From Candidatus Thalassarchaeum betae (lineage in GTDB: Archaea; Thermoplasmatota; Poseidoniia; Poseidoniales; Thalassarchaeaceae): DNA of 64,000 bases. The stretch is taken from positions 16,841 through 80,840 of the forward strand of contig JAKUUP010000002.1 in assembly GCA_022447095.1 (NCBI GenBank), in the 5' to 3' direction. Below, one piece after another: positions 1 to 9,179 of this stretch. The notes beneath the pieces are model-generated. The model was given only the letters and a program-made list of their open reading frames with translations. It made no database searches and had not been told where the DNA came from. The translations under genes were made by a program, and so were the position numbers. Within the stretch, counting starts at the first letter, position 1; the number at the start of each line of letters is the position of its first letter.

Positions 1-730
1 TCAGTCCGTCCAAGGCAGGATGGAGGTTTGAGGCTCCTGATGGAGGCTTCAGTGAGCATCGGATCTGCATCGTATCGTCTTCGATCACGAAGTTGAAGTT
101 GCCCGACCTCGCCCACCTTGTCTCGCTCACCAGTCCTACCAGAGTGACCTCATAATCGGTGCTGGAGTAGCGCTGCCTGTTGCGCCACGCCTCGGAGTTA
201 CTAATGGGTCGACGTGGCAATGAGCGGCCTACAATCATCATCTGGCGGATCTGGCGCAAGCGGTCCGCGAAGCAGGACCGCATGTCGAACATCTTTCCCT
301 CTGTTGTAGAGAGACCGGTAATGTCGAAGTGTATCTCGATTTCGGAATCAACGTCCTTAGCCTCCATCGGAAAGTCGTCGAGGCTGTAGTGCGAGAGCCC
401 ATGACGGCGAGGAGCAGGGTTGGGTTTAGTGGACACGATAGGAGCCAGTGTGCGGCCGATAGGAGAGTGGCTCTCCGGGTCGGCTAGGGTAGCCTGCGCA
501 GTCCTGAGGGTTGCTGGCGGAGTCTCAATGGCCCCCTCGGTCGGCACCAAAGTCAAGATCTCGTCAATCGCCCTCTCACTGAGCATCACGACATTGGAGC
601 TCTGAGCCGCCTCAATCAGTGGCGCTATGTCCGGCAGACTCTGGACCTTCTCCTGTGCGGCCCTACCTATCACCAGCAGTCCGGCAGCGGCGAGTACTCG
701 CTGCCGTTCTCCCCAATCCTGACTGGTCAT
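1..730 (-). CDS. polB: DNA polymerase D (Pol II) small subunit DP1, N-terminal part; runs off the window
   Basis: Not in the ORF track. Hand translation from ATG 730 is open to base 1: ...EAKDVDSEIEIHFDITGLSTTEGKMFDMRSCFADRLRQIRQMM...YEVTLVGLVSETRWARSGNFNFVIEDDT, the DP1 'DITG..T.EG...F.DR' segment followed by an OB fold. Confidence 0.8.
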   Translation of the reverse strand, partial: MTSQDWGERQRVLAAAGLLVIGRAAQEKVQSLPDIAPLIEAAQSSNVVMLSERAIDEILTLVPTEGAIETPPATLRTAQATLADPESHSPIGRTLAPIVSTKPNPAPRRHGLSHYSLDDFPMEAKDVDSEIEIHFDITGLSTTEGKMFDMRSCFADRLRQIRQMMIVGRSLPRRPISNSEAWRNRQRYSSTDYEVTLVGLVSETRWARSGNFNFVIEDDTMQIRCSLKPPSGASNLHPALDGL

Positions 731-801
731 CCGCCCGAGCAGTTCTAGGGACGCTCATGATAATATCGCCTGAAGTCTGCTTTCGGTGCCGCGGGCACCG
801 T

Positions 802-1485
802 TCACTCGTCCCAGTCTGTGAGAGAAGCGAGGTCGACCTTGGAAATCTCCTCTGCGACCGTCTTCTTCGAGCCCTTCCAACTCATGCTGCCCTCCCACTC
901 CTCGTCAGATGGATCGAACTCAGAGGTGTCGATGGAAGATGTCTCCCCTTCGCTGATTGTGGCTCTAGAGGCCCTCTCCTCGACCTCGACAACCTTGTCG
1001 AGAGTCTCAAGTGCAAGTCGCAGGGCGAAGGCTGCGAAGGAACGCTTGTTGTCGAGACGGTCGTTTTCCCCAAAATCCATCCTTCTGACTAGAAAGTAAT
1101 CACCGGTCACCACCGCCACGTGGACCCTCCCGACCTCCTTCTCGGCAGTGGCTCCGCCAGGGCCGGCTATTCCAGTTATTGAGATGGCCACGTCGGAGTC
1201 GGACTGGTACCGAGCGCCTTTGGCCATCTGGATCGCGACCTCATGAGAGACTGCGCCGGCCTCACCCTCATCGAAGGCGGTCTTCTCGACCCCGAGCTCG
1301 CGCATCTTGGACTCATTAGAGTACACCACCCAGCCCTGCTTGAACCACTCAGAGGCCCCTGAAATATCGGTTATCAATGAAGCTAGCAACCCACCAGTGC
1401 ATGACTCGGCGGTGGATATGGTCCACTCTCGTTTGCGCAGGCGCCGGGTCACTCGGGAAGCCAGTCCCGCAGTCTCTTCGACCAC
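802..1485 (-). CDS. CinA C-terminal domain / nicotinamide mononucleotide amidohydrolase (PncC-like) with acidic tail
   Basis: TAESCTGGLLAS, GASEWF..G.V.YSNESK, GAVS..VA..MA.GA, SITGIAGPGG. Confidence 0.88.
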   Translation of the reverse strand: MVEETAGLASRVTRRLRKREWTISTAESCTGGLLASLITDISGASEWFKQGWVVYSNESKMRELGVEKTAFDEGEAGAVSHEVAIQMAKGARYQSDSDVAISITGIAGPGGATAEKEVGRVHVAVVTGDYFLVRRMDFGENDRLDNKRSFAAFALRLALETLDKVVEVEERASRATISEGETSSIDTSEFDPSDEEWEGSMSWKGSKKTVAEEISKVDLASLTDWDE

Positions 1486-1588
1486 GTTCTCCGGCCATAG
1501 CCGACACTCTTGAGAGTTTCAGTTGCTATCTTGTTGGCAATCGGGGCGAAGTGTGGCGAATTGTTGGTTTGAGCCGAAGATTGCGATT

Positions 1589-1664
1589 TGGTGGGTCCGG
1601 CAGGAATTGAACCTGCGATCTTCGCTTTGTAAGAGCGACGTCATAACCCCTAGACCACGGACCC
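1589..1664 (-). tRNA. tRNA-Val (TAC), CCA encoded
   Basis: Reverse complement GGGTCCGTGGTCTAGGGGTTATGACGTCGCTCT-TAC-AAAGCGAAGATCGCAGGTTCAATTCCTGCCGGACCCACCA folds as a cloverleaf. Confidence 0.96.
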
Positions 1665-1730
1665 TAGGAGAGCGCAGAAGCGTTGTGTTCAAATCCTCTG
1701 CGGCCGAACCATTGGCACGGAGGAGCACGG

Positions 1731-2723
1731 ATGGAGGGGATTTCGGAGTTGATTGCGCGGCTGAAGGACGCTGGCGTTCCTCTCGACGATAGAATCGAGG
1801 ATGCGATGAACTCGGTGGACCCGCGTTGCTTCACCGATCACAATCTGGAGCCATTTCTGGGAGACAGGCCGGTCCCGTTCCTAGTCACTGAAGGAGGTGC
1901 TGCCAAGACCATCTCGGCCCCGCATATGGTGGCAACGCTGCTACACCACTTGGAAATTAGAGAGGGTCAGCATGTCCTACTGCTTGGCTCTAAGGGAGGT
2001 TACCTCGCTGCCCTGCTGGACTGCATGCTCGGCCCAGACGGCGTCGTGACCATCATCGAGCCGCATGATGAGGTCTTATTGCATACCAGTGAGAGACTGG
2101 AAATGTTCGATTCAATGGGTTTCCTGACCGTACTCCCCTCCGAGGCACTAGAAGATTGGAATGGCCTTAGCAGGCGCGTAGACAGGGTACTAGTCACTGG
2201 GTCTGTACGAATATTACCGCCGGAAATCGAAGCGCTGGTCGAGGATGGTGGTTTCGTGCTCGGTCCTTTCGGAGGGCCAGTGCACCAGAGGCTTCTCAAG
2301 CGCGAGAAGCAGGGTGACGAGTGGATTGATACGGACCTAGGTGGTGTGGTGTTCGGACCGATGGACCTCAGCGAGTCTGAGCGCTCCCTACTGGACCCGC
2401 ACTCACTAGCAGACCACCTTGAGGATCTGTTGGGTCTGATGTCCGAGGTCATAGAGATCGAAGATGATACGATAACTCGCCTCGAAGGGTTGATCATCTC
2501 CCTCAAAGAGCTCCCTGCTGACCTGCCTACGCTTGATGAGGATTCGACCGAGGACGAGATTCTCGAGCATCCTGTGATGGAGTTGCTACTGATGGAAATG
2601 GAGTGGCTCGGCCCCATGTGGCCACTGTTCGGAGATTACATGTCGATCGAGTTGGCCAATCCAGGATCTCCGGACGATGAGGAGCCTGGAATGTCTGGTG
2701 GGCACAAGGATCTCGTTCCCTGA
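1731..2723 (+). CDS. Protein-L-isoaspartate O-methyltransferase-like protein with acidic C-terminal extension
   Basis: TISAPHMVA motif, VDPRCF, GPDGVVTIIE, DRVLVTG; SAM motif I is degenerate (VLLLGSKGGY). Start taken at ATG 1731. Confidence 0.75.
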   Translation: MEGISELIARLKDAGVPLDDRIEDAMNSVDPRCFTDHNLEPFLGDRPVPFLVTEGGAAKTISAPHMVATLLHHLEIREGQHVLLLGSKGGYLAALLDCMLGPDGVVTIIEPHDEVLLHTSERLEMFDSMGFLTVLPSEALEDWNGLSRRVDRVLVTGSVRILPPEIEALVEDGGFVLGPFGGPVHQRLLKREKQGDEWIDTDLGGVVFGPMDLSESERSLLDPHSLADHLEDLLGLMSEVIEIEDDTITRLEGLIISLKELPADLPTLDEDSTEDEILEHPVMELLLMEMEWLGPMWPLFGDYMSIELANPGSPDDEEPGMSGGHKDLVP

Positions 2724-2744
2724 CTCTCACCTTAGATGGCGCGG

Positions 2745-3188
2745 CTAATTTCCCTCGACATCTCCAGTTGCCGGTTCCACTAGTCGGGATAGAGGTACGG
2801 ATATCGGCGGCAGGTGGTCAGAGAGTAGGTGTCTTGAGGTCTTGGGAGGGAAAAGTTCGCCGGATAGTGCGGCTTCGATGACTTCCGACTTGTCCAATGA
2901 ATCCCTGCCGCTCTTGGGCCAAATATTGAGTATGATGCCGTCGTCATCGAGATAGTCGACAGATACACAAGGAAGGCACTTCAGTTTCAGTCGTCTAGCC
3001 ACTTCGGTGCGATGGTGCCCATCTAGGATGGTACCCGTCTTTCGGTCAATCAAGAGGGGTTTGGTGTAAGCTTTCCAACGGAGGGTCATTCTCTCTAACT
3101 GGTCCACTTTGTCAGGCACGACCTGCTCGTGCGGACGGAGGGCCTCGATGGGTACTAGTTCTACCTTCACAGCAGCCCGACGGGCCAT
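2745..3188 (-). CDS. ParB/Srx-fold protein, SerK/SbnI (free serine kinase)-like, short form
   Basis: LRPHEQ, KPLLID, ILDGHHR, VDY, KSEVIEAALSGELFPPKTSRH. Confidence 0.7.
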   Translation of the reverse strand: MARRAAVKVELVPIEALRPHEQVVPDKVDQLERMTLRWKAYTKPLLIDRKTGTILDGHHRTEVARRLKLKCLPCVSVDYLDDDGIILNIWPKSGRDSLDKSEVIEAALSGELFPPKTSRHLLSDHLPPISVPLSRLVEPATGDVEGN

Positions 3189-3243
3189 TAGCCAATATGC
3201 CTAACGCCCGAAGCAATCATGGCAGATAGTCCGTCGGCGCACC

Positions 3244-4485
3244 ATGGAGCGCGCGTTGGAGTACCTCAGCGAAGCTGATACGCGGGTCCTCACTAGACTG
3301 CGTTCCGCCGGTGAGGCTTGGATTGTTGGGGGTTGGGTCAGGGACTCGATAATTGGTCGTCCTGACACCGACATCGATATCGCCACCAGTCTGCTCCCTG
3401 CCGAGGTCAAGGAACTCTTTCCCCGTTCGTTGATGGTGGGAGAGAAGTACGGGACCGTTATTGTGAGGCTGGATGAGGGTGTTGTAGGTGAGCCAAGTTG
3501 GGAGGTCACAACTCTGCGCAGCGAAGGCACCTACGGCGATGGCAGGAGGCCAGACGAGGTTGTTTTCGGAAGCAGTATCAAGGATGACTTGGCTCGCCGT
3601 GACTTCACCATCAACGCGATGGCAATCGATGCCAATGGTAAAAGAATAGACGAACACGAAGGGGAAGCTGACCTCAGGGCTGGGGTTCTGCGCTCCGTTG
3701 GAGATGCCAGAGAGAGGCTGGGAGAGGACGGTTTGCGCATCATGCGTGCGTTCCGATTCCTTGACTCAAAGAGTGGGGTGCGTCAGATGGAACCCGAACT
3801 CAGAGCTGCTGTGATGGAATGCAGCGAGATGCTAGAGAGAGTCTCACGAGAGAGGATTGGGGCGGAGATGCAGCATATACTCACTGGTGGCAACGTGGGT
3901 GAGATCATAGCGGTGATGAACGAGAGCGGGGCCCTAAAACGAGTCCTGCCTGGAATCCGCACTACCATCGAGCCGGTATTCGGCAGTGACTTCGTGGTCA
4001 ATCTCGCAATGCTGTGCAGTGCTGAGGACGATGATGGTGATGCGCTGGCAGAGAAACTGCGAGGGGCATTGGTCCTAGCAAAGGATCCATTGAGGGCAAT
4101 CTCCTTCCTGCATGATTCGGCAAGCGCCTCTCTATTGGCCGAAATCGGAAGTTTGAGGCGTTTCAAGGCGGCTCTCCCAGAGATTTGGCAGGAGTTCTTC
4201 ATATCCTATTCCGAGGGCCTAGGGCGCGACGTTGATGACTTCAGATCTGCATTATCCTCTCTGGACGCTCTCAGGGCCGGAAACAAACCACTGGTCGATG
4301 GGAATATGCTGGCGGACGCGACCGGTCTTGAGCCGGGTCCTCGAATGGGGCGACTCAAAGGCTGGTTGCACCGGGTGCAGGTCGAGCGTGACCTATCGTC
4401 TAGCGATGAGGTGCTCTCCCTTCTCAGGGAGCTTGACTGGAGCGATTCGGACCACGAAGAATGGTCGGCCCTGTCTTGGCCCTAG
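3244..4485 (+). CDS. cca: Class II (bacterial-type) CCA tRNA nucleotidyltransferase
   Basis: VGGWVRD..DIDIAT, EVTTLRSEGTYGDGRRP loop, DLARRDFTINAMA, EDGLRIMRAFRF, SRERIGAE. Confidence 0.85.
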   Translation: MERALEYLSEADTRVLTRLRSAGEAWIVGGWVRDSIIGRPDTDIDIATSLLPAEVKELFPRSLMVGEKYGTVIVRLDEGVVGEPSWEVTTLRSEGTYGDGRRPDEVVFGSSIKDDLARRDFTINAMAIDANGKRIDEHEGEADLRAGVLRSVGDARERLGEDGLRIMRAFRFLDSKSGVRQMEPELRAAVMECSEMLERVSRERIGAEMQHILTGGNVGEIIAVMNESGALKRVLPGIRTTIEPVFGSDFVVNLAMLCSAEDDDGDALAEKLRGALVLAKDPLRAISFLHDSASASLLAEIGSLRRFKAALPEIWQEFFISYSEGLGRDVDDFRSALSSLDALRAGNKPLVDGNMLADATGLEPGPRMGRLKGWLHRVQVERDLSSSDEVLSLLRELDWSDSDHEEWSALSWP

Positions 4486-4985
4486 GGGAGCTCGTTGAGC
4501 ATTTCGATGTACTCTTTCTGATCTAGGAACTGATCCTCGTCGAAATCATGTGGCTTGACTATCATGCACCAACCATCGCCGTAGGCATCGTCATTGACAA
4601 GATCTGGATTGTCCTCGACTTCGCCGTTCAGTTCAAGGATCTTGCAGGGGATTGGGGAGTTGATCAGAATCGTCTCCATATCTCCGTCATAGTTGGCTAG
4701 GACTGTGATCAGCAGGTCTTCCACTCCTAACTCGTCACCACTGCCCATTATTCCAGGGGCGTCGTCGTCACTCACCTCTGCATCCGACTCAAGTTTGAAC
4801 TCACTATCATCCTCCGGACGAGTTAGCACCACGCGTACGATGTCACCATACTCCGCACGTAGAAACTCACTGATTCCAATCTTGACGGTCGTGGCCTTGT
4901 CATCGAGCACCTGAAGCCACAGATGCTCCAGTGTGTACTTGCGATCATGAGCGATGCTAAATTCGAAAAAATCACCGTCTGCCAT
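4482..4985 (-). CDS. Glycine cleavage H-protein-like, lacking the lipoyl-Lys motif
   Basis: RKYTLEHLW, KIGISEF...YGDIVRV, SP...N.EVEDNPDLVNDDAYGDGW; start taken at ATG 4985. Confidence 0.75.
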   Translation of the reverse strand: MADGDFFEFSIAHDRKYTLEHLWLQVLDDKATTVKIGISEFLRAEYGDIVRVVLTRPEDDSEFKLESDAEVSDDDAPGIMGSGDELGVEDLLITVLANYDGDMETILINSPIPCKILELNGEVEDNPDLVNDDAYGDGWCMIVKPHDFDEDQFLDQKEYIEMLNELP

Positions 4986-5104
4986 GTTGATTCCGAATGG
5001 CGCGTTCAGATATCCAATTTGAACTATTCGATTCATCATGCACTCAGAAATAGCGACCAAGAGGGGTTAACAACATAACCCGCCTCGGTTGAGCGGGGAG
5101 AGCG

Positions 5105-6280
5105 ATGGACTTCAGCGAGACCGAAGAACAGAGCATGATTCGCGCTATGGTACGCGACTTCGCCGAAGAGGTTCTGGCACCCACATGCCTTGAGAGGGAC
5201 AAGGCGCAAGCAGCTCCTTTGGACGAATGGCGCGCGTTCTGCGATTCCGGCCTACAGGGAATCACAATCTCTGAAAACTACGGCGGCAGCCCCGTCGACG
5301 ACGTCTCCGAAGCAATCATCGTAGAGGAGCTCGCAAGGGTCGATCCATCATTCTCCGTGATGTTCTGCGTACATGTCGGACTGTGTTCCAAAACCATCGC
5401 ACTGCACGGTAACGAGCAGCAGAAAAAGGAGTATCTTTCGCGCCTTGCTGGAAGTGAAATCGGCGCCTACTCGCTTTCCGAGGCTGGTGCAGGGACTGAT
5501 GCGGCGGCTCTGAGTTGCAGGGCCAAGTTGAGTGACGATGGCAGTCACTACATGCTCAACGGCGAGAAAATGTGGGTGACTAACGGAGAGAATGCCGACA
5601 TCTACGTGCTTTTCGCCAAGGATGTCGACCATCCCGACTATGGCGAGAAGAAGCACGGTGGGACCACCGCTTTCATCGTCGAGAGGTCGTTCGAAGGCTT
5701 CTCTGTCGGCAAAAAGGAGGATAAACTCGGAATCCGCTCTAGTGACACATGCTCTCTGCTGTTGGAAAACTGTAAGGTGCCTGTTGGGAATGTCCTGAAA
5801 GGATCGGGCGGTGGCTTTCCCATCGCCATGAACGCCCTCGACAATTCCAGAATAGGCATCGCCGCACAGGCACTGGGCATCGCTCAGGGAGCCTACGAGG
5901 CGGCACTGAACTATGCTCACGAAAGAATCGCCTTCGGCAAGCCTATCGCCCAACACCAGAGCATCGGTAACTACCTCGCCGACATGGCCACCCGTACCGA
6001 AGCGGCTAGGTTGATGGTCTACAAGGCCGCCTGGGCTAAGCAGAGGCACTACGAAGACGGATCTCCAAGACACACCAAAGAGGCGAGCATGGCCAAACTG
6101 TTCGCCGGAGATACGGCTATGTGGGTCTCGGAGAGGGCGGTGCAGGTTCTCGGCGGTTACGGCTACACCACGGACTTCCCAGTCGAGCGCTTCTTCAGAG
6201 ACGCCAAGATCACCCAGATCTATGAAGGCACACAAGAAGTGCAAAGGATCGTCATCAATCGTTCAATAGCGCCAGAATGA
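5105..6280 (+). CDS. Acyl-CoA dehydrogenase (short/branched-chain type)
   Basis: YSLSEAGAGTD, NGEKMWVTNG, KLGIRSSDT, RIGIAAQALG, QVLGGYGY, QIYEGTQEVQR. Confidence 0.95.
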   Translation: MDFSETEEQSMIRAMVRDFAEEVLAPTCLERDKAQAAPLDEWRAFCDSGLQGITISENYGGSPVDDVSEAIIVEELARVDPSFSVMFCVHVGLCSKTIALHGNEQQKKEYLSRLAGSEIGAYSLSEAGAGTDAAALSCRAKLSDDGSHYMLNGEKMWVTNGENADIYVLFAKDVDHPDYGEKKHGGTTAFIVERSFEGFSVGKKEDKLGIRSSDTCSLLLENCKVPVGNVLKGSGGGFPIAMNALDNSRIGIAAQALGIAQGAYEAALNYAHERIAFGKPIAQHQSIGNYLADMATRTEAARLMVYKAAWAKQRHYEDGSPRHTKEASMAKLFAGDTAMWVSERAVQVLGGYGYTTDFPVERFFRDAKITQIYEGTQEVQRIVINRSIAPE

Positions 6281-6288
6281 GGTGTTTC

Positions 6289-7539
6289 ATGGCCGCTTTC
6301 CCGATCGACGAGGTGCGCTCCAAGTTTCCGGGCTTGCAACGCATGGTCTACGGTCGTCAAGCCATCTTCTTCGACGGGCCCGGGGGCAGTCAGTCCCCTG
6401 ATTCGGTCGGTGATGCCGTCAGGCACTACCTGTTGCACCAAAACGCCAACGTCGGCATGTCGTTCGCGACCTCCGTGGAAACGGATCGCCTGATAGATGA
6501 TGCATTGCTGGCCTGCGCCGACTTCGTCGGCTGTGAGGATCACAGAGAGATAGTGTTCGGCCAGAATATGACCAGTCTCACCATACAACTGGCGAGCGCC
6601 CTGAGCAGGACTTGGAATCCAGGCGACGAAGTCGTAGTCACGCGACTCGATCACGATTCAAACGTGCGCCCGTGGATGCTGGCTGCAGAGTGGTCGGGCG
6701 CTACTCTTCGTCGAGTCGACATCGACCCGGATGACTGTACTCACAATCTATCTTCTCTTGAGGACTCGATCAACGAAAACACTGTCCTTGTCGCCGTCGG
6801 TGCTGCCTCAAACTTATCTGGCACCATCAACGACGTATCCGGGATCGTCGAGAAGGCCCATGCCGTCGGTGCAGAGGTCTTCGTCGATGCGGTGCACTAC
6901 GCGCCTCACTGTCTCATCGACGTTGAAGAGATGGGGTGCGATTACCTCGCCTGCTCTTCGTACAAGTTCTTCGGGACCCACCAAGGAGTCTTGTGGGGTC
7001 GCTCGGAAAGGCTCGCCGAGTTACCGGTGGCCAAACTCCGGGTCGCCACCGAGGAGATCCCATTCCGATGGATGACCGGGACTCAGAGTCATGAGGCGAT
7101 GGCCGGCACCATCGCGGCTATCGAGCACATCGCATGGATAGGGCACTGCGTTTCGGATGGCGACTTGAGTCGGAGGGAGGCACTAGGATGCGCCTTCAAG
7201 GTAATCGAAGAGTACGAGCAGTCACTGTGTTGGAGGATGATCGACGGGCTGCAAGCCCTCGATGGGATCAGGATTTGGGGCATCACCGACTCTGAGCGCA
7301 AGACCGAAAGGGCGCCTACAGTCTCCTTCACCCATGACTCGATGAGTCCAAAACGGATTGCTGATGCACTGGCCGAACGCGGTATCTTTGTCTGGGAGGG
7401 GAACTTTTACGCCCTTGAGCTCACCGAGGCTCTCGGCCTTGAGCCAGAGGGAGTGCTGCGTGTAGGCGTGCTGCACTACAACACGATGGACGAGGTCGAT
7501 AGTTTCCTCAACGAGTTGGCAGAAATACTCTCGAATTGA
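6289..7539 (+). CDS. Cysteine desulfurase-like class V PLP enzyme (VC1184-type, no catalytic Cys)
   Basis: FFDGPGGSQ, LDHDSN, DAVHYAPH, SSYKFFG, VWEGNFYA, HYNT. Confidence 0.88.
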   Translation: MAAFPIDEVRSKFPGLQRMVYGRQAIFFDGPGGSQSPDSVGDAVRHYLLHQNANVGMSFATSVETDRLIDDALLACADFVGCEDHREIVFGQNMTSLTIQLASALSRTWNPGDEVVVTRLDHDSNVRPWMLAAEWSGATLRRVDIDPDDCTHNLSSLEDSINENTVLVAVGAASNLSGTINDVSGIVEKAHAVGAEVFVDAVHYAPHCLIDVEEMGCDYLACSSYKFFGTHQGVLWGRSERLAELPVAKLRVATEEIPFRWMTGTQSHEAMAGTIAAIEHIAWIGHCVSDGDLSRREALGCAFKVIEEYEQSLCWRMIDGLQALDGIRIWGITDSERKTERAPTVSFTHDSMSPKRIADALAERGIFVWEGNFYALELTEALGLEPEGVLRVGVLHYNTMDEVDSFLNELAEILSN

Positions 7540-7543
7540 GGGT

Positions 7544-9094
7544 TCACTCGACCCAGCAGTACTCGCGCTGCCCCTCGAGTTGCCCATCGCCGCCGATAGC
7601 GACGAGGGCAAACTCGTCGCTGGGCTTGACGACCGAGCGCTTGCGAGAGCCGCGGTGTAGTGCCTCGTAAATCGTCTTGTTAATCGGATGGCGGGATGAG
7701 AGGCGTTCGAAGAGGTGGAATCGCGAGGCGATTTCGCGCCATTGCGGCTGTACCTCGCCTTCGAAGACCTTTGCCTTGGCGCCTGAACCATATCCACACA
7801 ATCCGAGTTTCTCGCCGGTCATGTCCACGTTCTCGATGTAATCGGACTCCATCGAAGACATCAGCGCGAGGAAAATGGAGCCAGTGTATTGGTTGCCGAT
7901 GAGGCTGGAAGCCCTTGTGGTCTTCTCGATACGCTCGTCGACAAACTGCTTGAATTCGGCAGTCTTGGATATCAGACGGCGGTATGAATCGTTTGCCTTC
8001 TCGAACTCCTCGAGCCCATCGGGAGTGTCTGGGAAGTTCTCCGAAAACGGCTCGGGGCCGATCTCCGACACGATTCCTTCCCACATCGGCAGGTGCCGGC
8101 GGTCGTGGCGGAAGACATCGGGAAACATCCTCTTGCCCTGAAATGCATAAGGTAGGTGGACGATGATTCGGCTCCACTGTTCAGTGAGTATCTCATCGGA
8201 CTCGGGGTCATACCTGCCTTCGCGGATAGCCTTGATACGGAAGTTGATGAAAGCCTGCTTGACCGACTCTGAGTAACAGCGGTTCGAGTACTGACCGTCG
8301 AAAACAGGGGTGTCCTTGTGTATCTGAAGCGTCGGGTTCTCAAACATCACATCGTCCTTCTTCGATGATCTAGGCAGATGCTGGAGGATACGCTCAGCCA
8401 GTCCCTCCTTGACCTTCTCGCCGCTCTCTCTGGCGAGGTCGAGCACATTCTCGACGATGGTCCTAGTATCAACCTCACGCCGAGGCTTGAAGAAGTCGTG
8501 CACCGGCATCGTCGAGACGCCCCAGATATCTGGTATCTCCAGCAGCCGTGGGTTGTGGCGAATCAAGATGGCGCCGCCACCAGCGCCTTGCGTGTACTCA
8601 CCGGAGGAGCCGATGTCGTACTTGGCGTTGTCAGCGAAGACGACAATTCCGACTCGGTCCTTGTCCTCGCCGCCACGGGCGACCCAGTCGAGTGTGTTGT
8701 GCATGGCATCGACAGCGCCAATGCAAGCGAATGTCAGGTCGACAACGTCGCAGTTGCGGAAGCAGTCCTTGCCATGAGCCGGGGTGTATCGCTGCTCAAG
8801 CATGTCCATGATGTAAGTGGCTGTGGGCTTTGAGCCATCGAGAGCCGACTCTGTACCGAGGTAGATTCTCCCAATTGTGGTTGGGTCCATGCCGTTGCGG
8901 TCGATGAGTCTACGAACGGCGTTGGCCCCCATCGTGGCGGTATCCTCGTGGACGTCCGGAATCGCCATGGCGGCGAGTCCGAGGCCCCGATTCAATTTGC
9001 CAAAATCGGCACCTCGCAGTTTGGCGAAGTCCTCCATGTCGAAGTACAGCCGGGGAAAATGAATCGCGACGTCATCGATGCCTACTGAAACCAT
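7544..9094 (-). CDS. Hydroxymethylglutaryl-CoA synthase (long, bacterial-type)
   Basis: GTESALDGSKP (Glu), FACIGA (Cys), EYTQGAG, VHLPY (His), GNQYTGS, GYGSG. Confidence 0.9.
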   Translation of the reverse strand: MVSVGIDDVAIHFPRLYFDMEDFAKLRGADFGKLNRGLGLAAMAIPDVHEDTATMGANAVRRLIDRNGMDPTTIGRIYLGTESALDGSKPTATYIMDMLEQRYTPAHGKDCFRNCDVVDLTFACIGAVDAMHNTLDWVARGGEDKDRVGIVVFADNAKYDIGSSGEYTQGAGGGAILIRHNPRLLEIPDIWGVSTMPVHDFFKPRREVDTRTIVENVLDLARESGEKVKEGLAERILQHLPRSSKKDDVMFENPTLQIHKDTPVFDGQYSNRCYSESVKQAFINFRIKAIREGRYDPESDEILTEQWSRIIVHLPYAFQGKRMFPDVFRHDRRHLPMWEGIVSEIGPEPFSENFPDTPDGLEEFEKANDSYRRLISKTAEFKQFVDERIEKTTRASSLIGNQYTGSIFLALMSSMESDYIENVDMTGEKLGLCGYGSGAKAKVFEGEVQPQWREIASRFHLFERLSSRHPINKTIYEALHRGSRKRSVVKPSDEFALVAIGGDGQLEGQREYCWVE

Positions 9095-9179
9095 ACGCCC
9101 ACCTTTGGTCCGGCCCGGTAGAGTACAGGTTATGAGGCCTCGCCCTGCATATCCGATGGAAAAAACAATCCAAAACGAT

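Noticed and set aside
180-1092. Plus-strand ORFs 180-389, 420-605 and 619-1092
   Set aside because: They lie opposite the DP1 and CinA genes
2745-3188. Chromosome-partitioning ParB
   Set aside because: No HTH or dimerisation domain and no parA; motifs fit the SerK-like branch better
5348-6244. Long antisense ORFs (also 12510-13409, 2000-2617, 41433-42131 and many others in the track)
   Set aside because: Shadows of well-conserved genes in GC-rich DNA, with no motifs of their own
6289-7539. True cysteine desulfurase (also 39731-40846)
   Set aside because: The catalytic Cys loop is absent in both proteins
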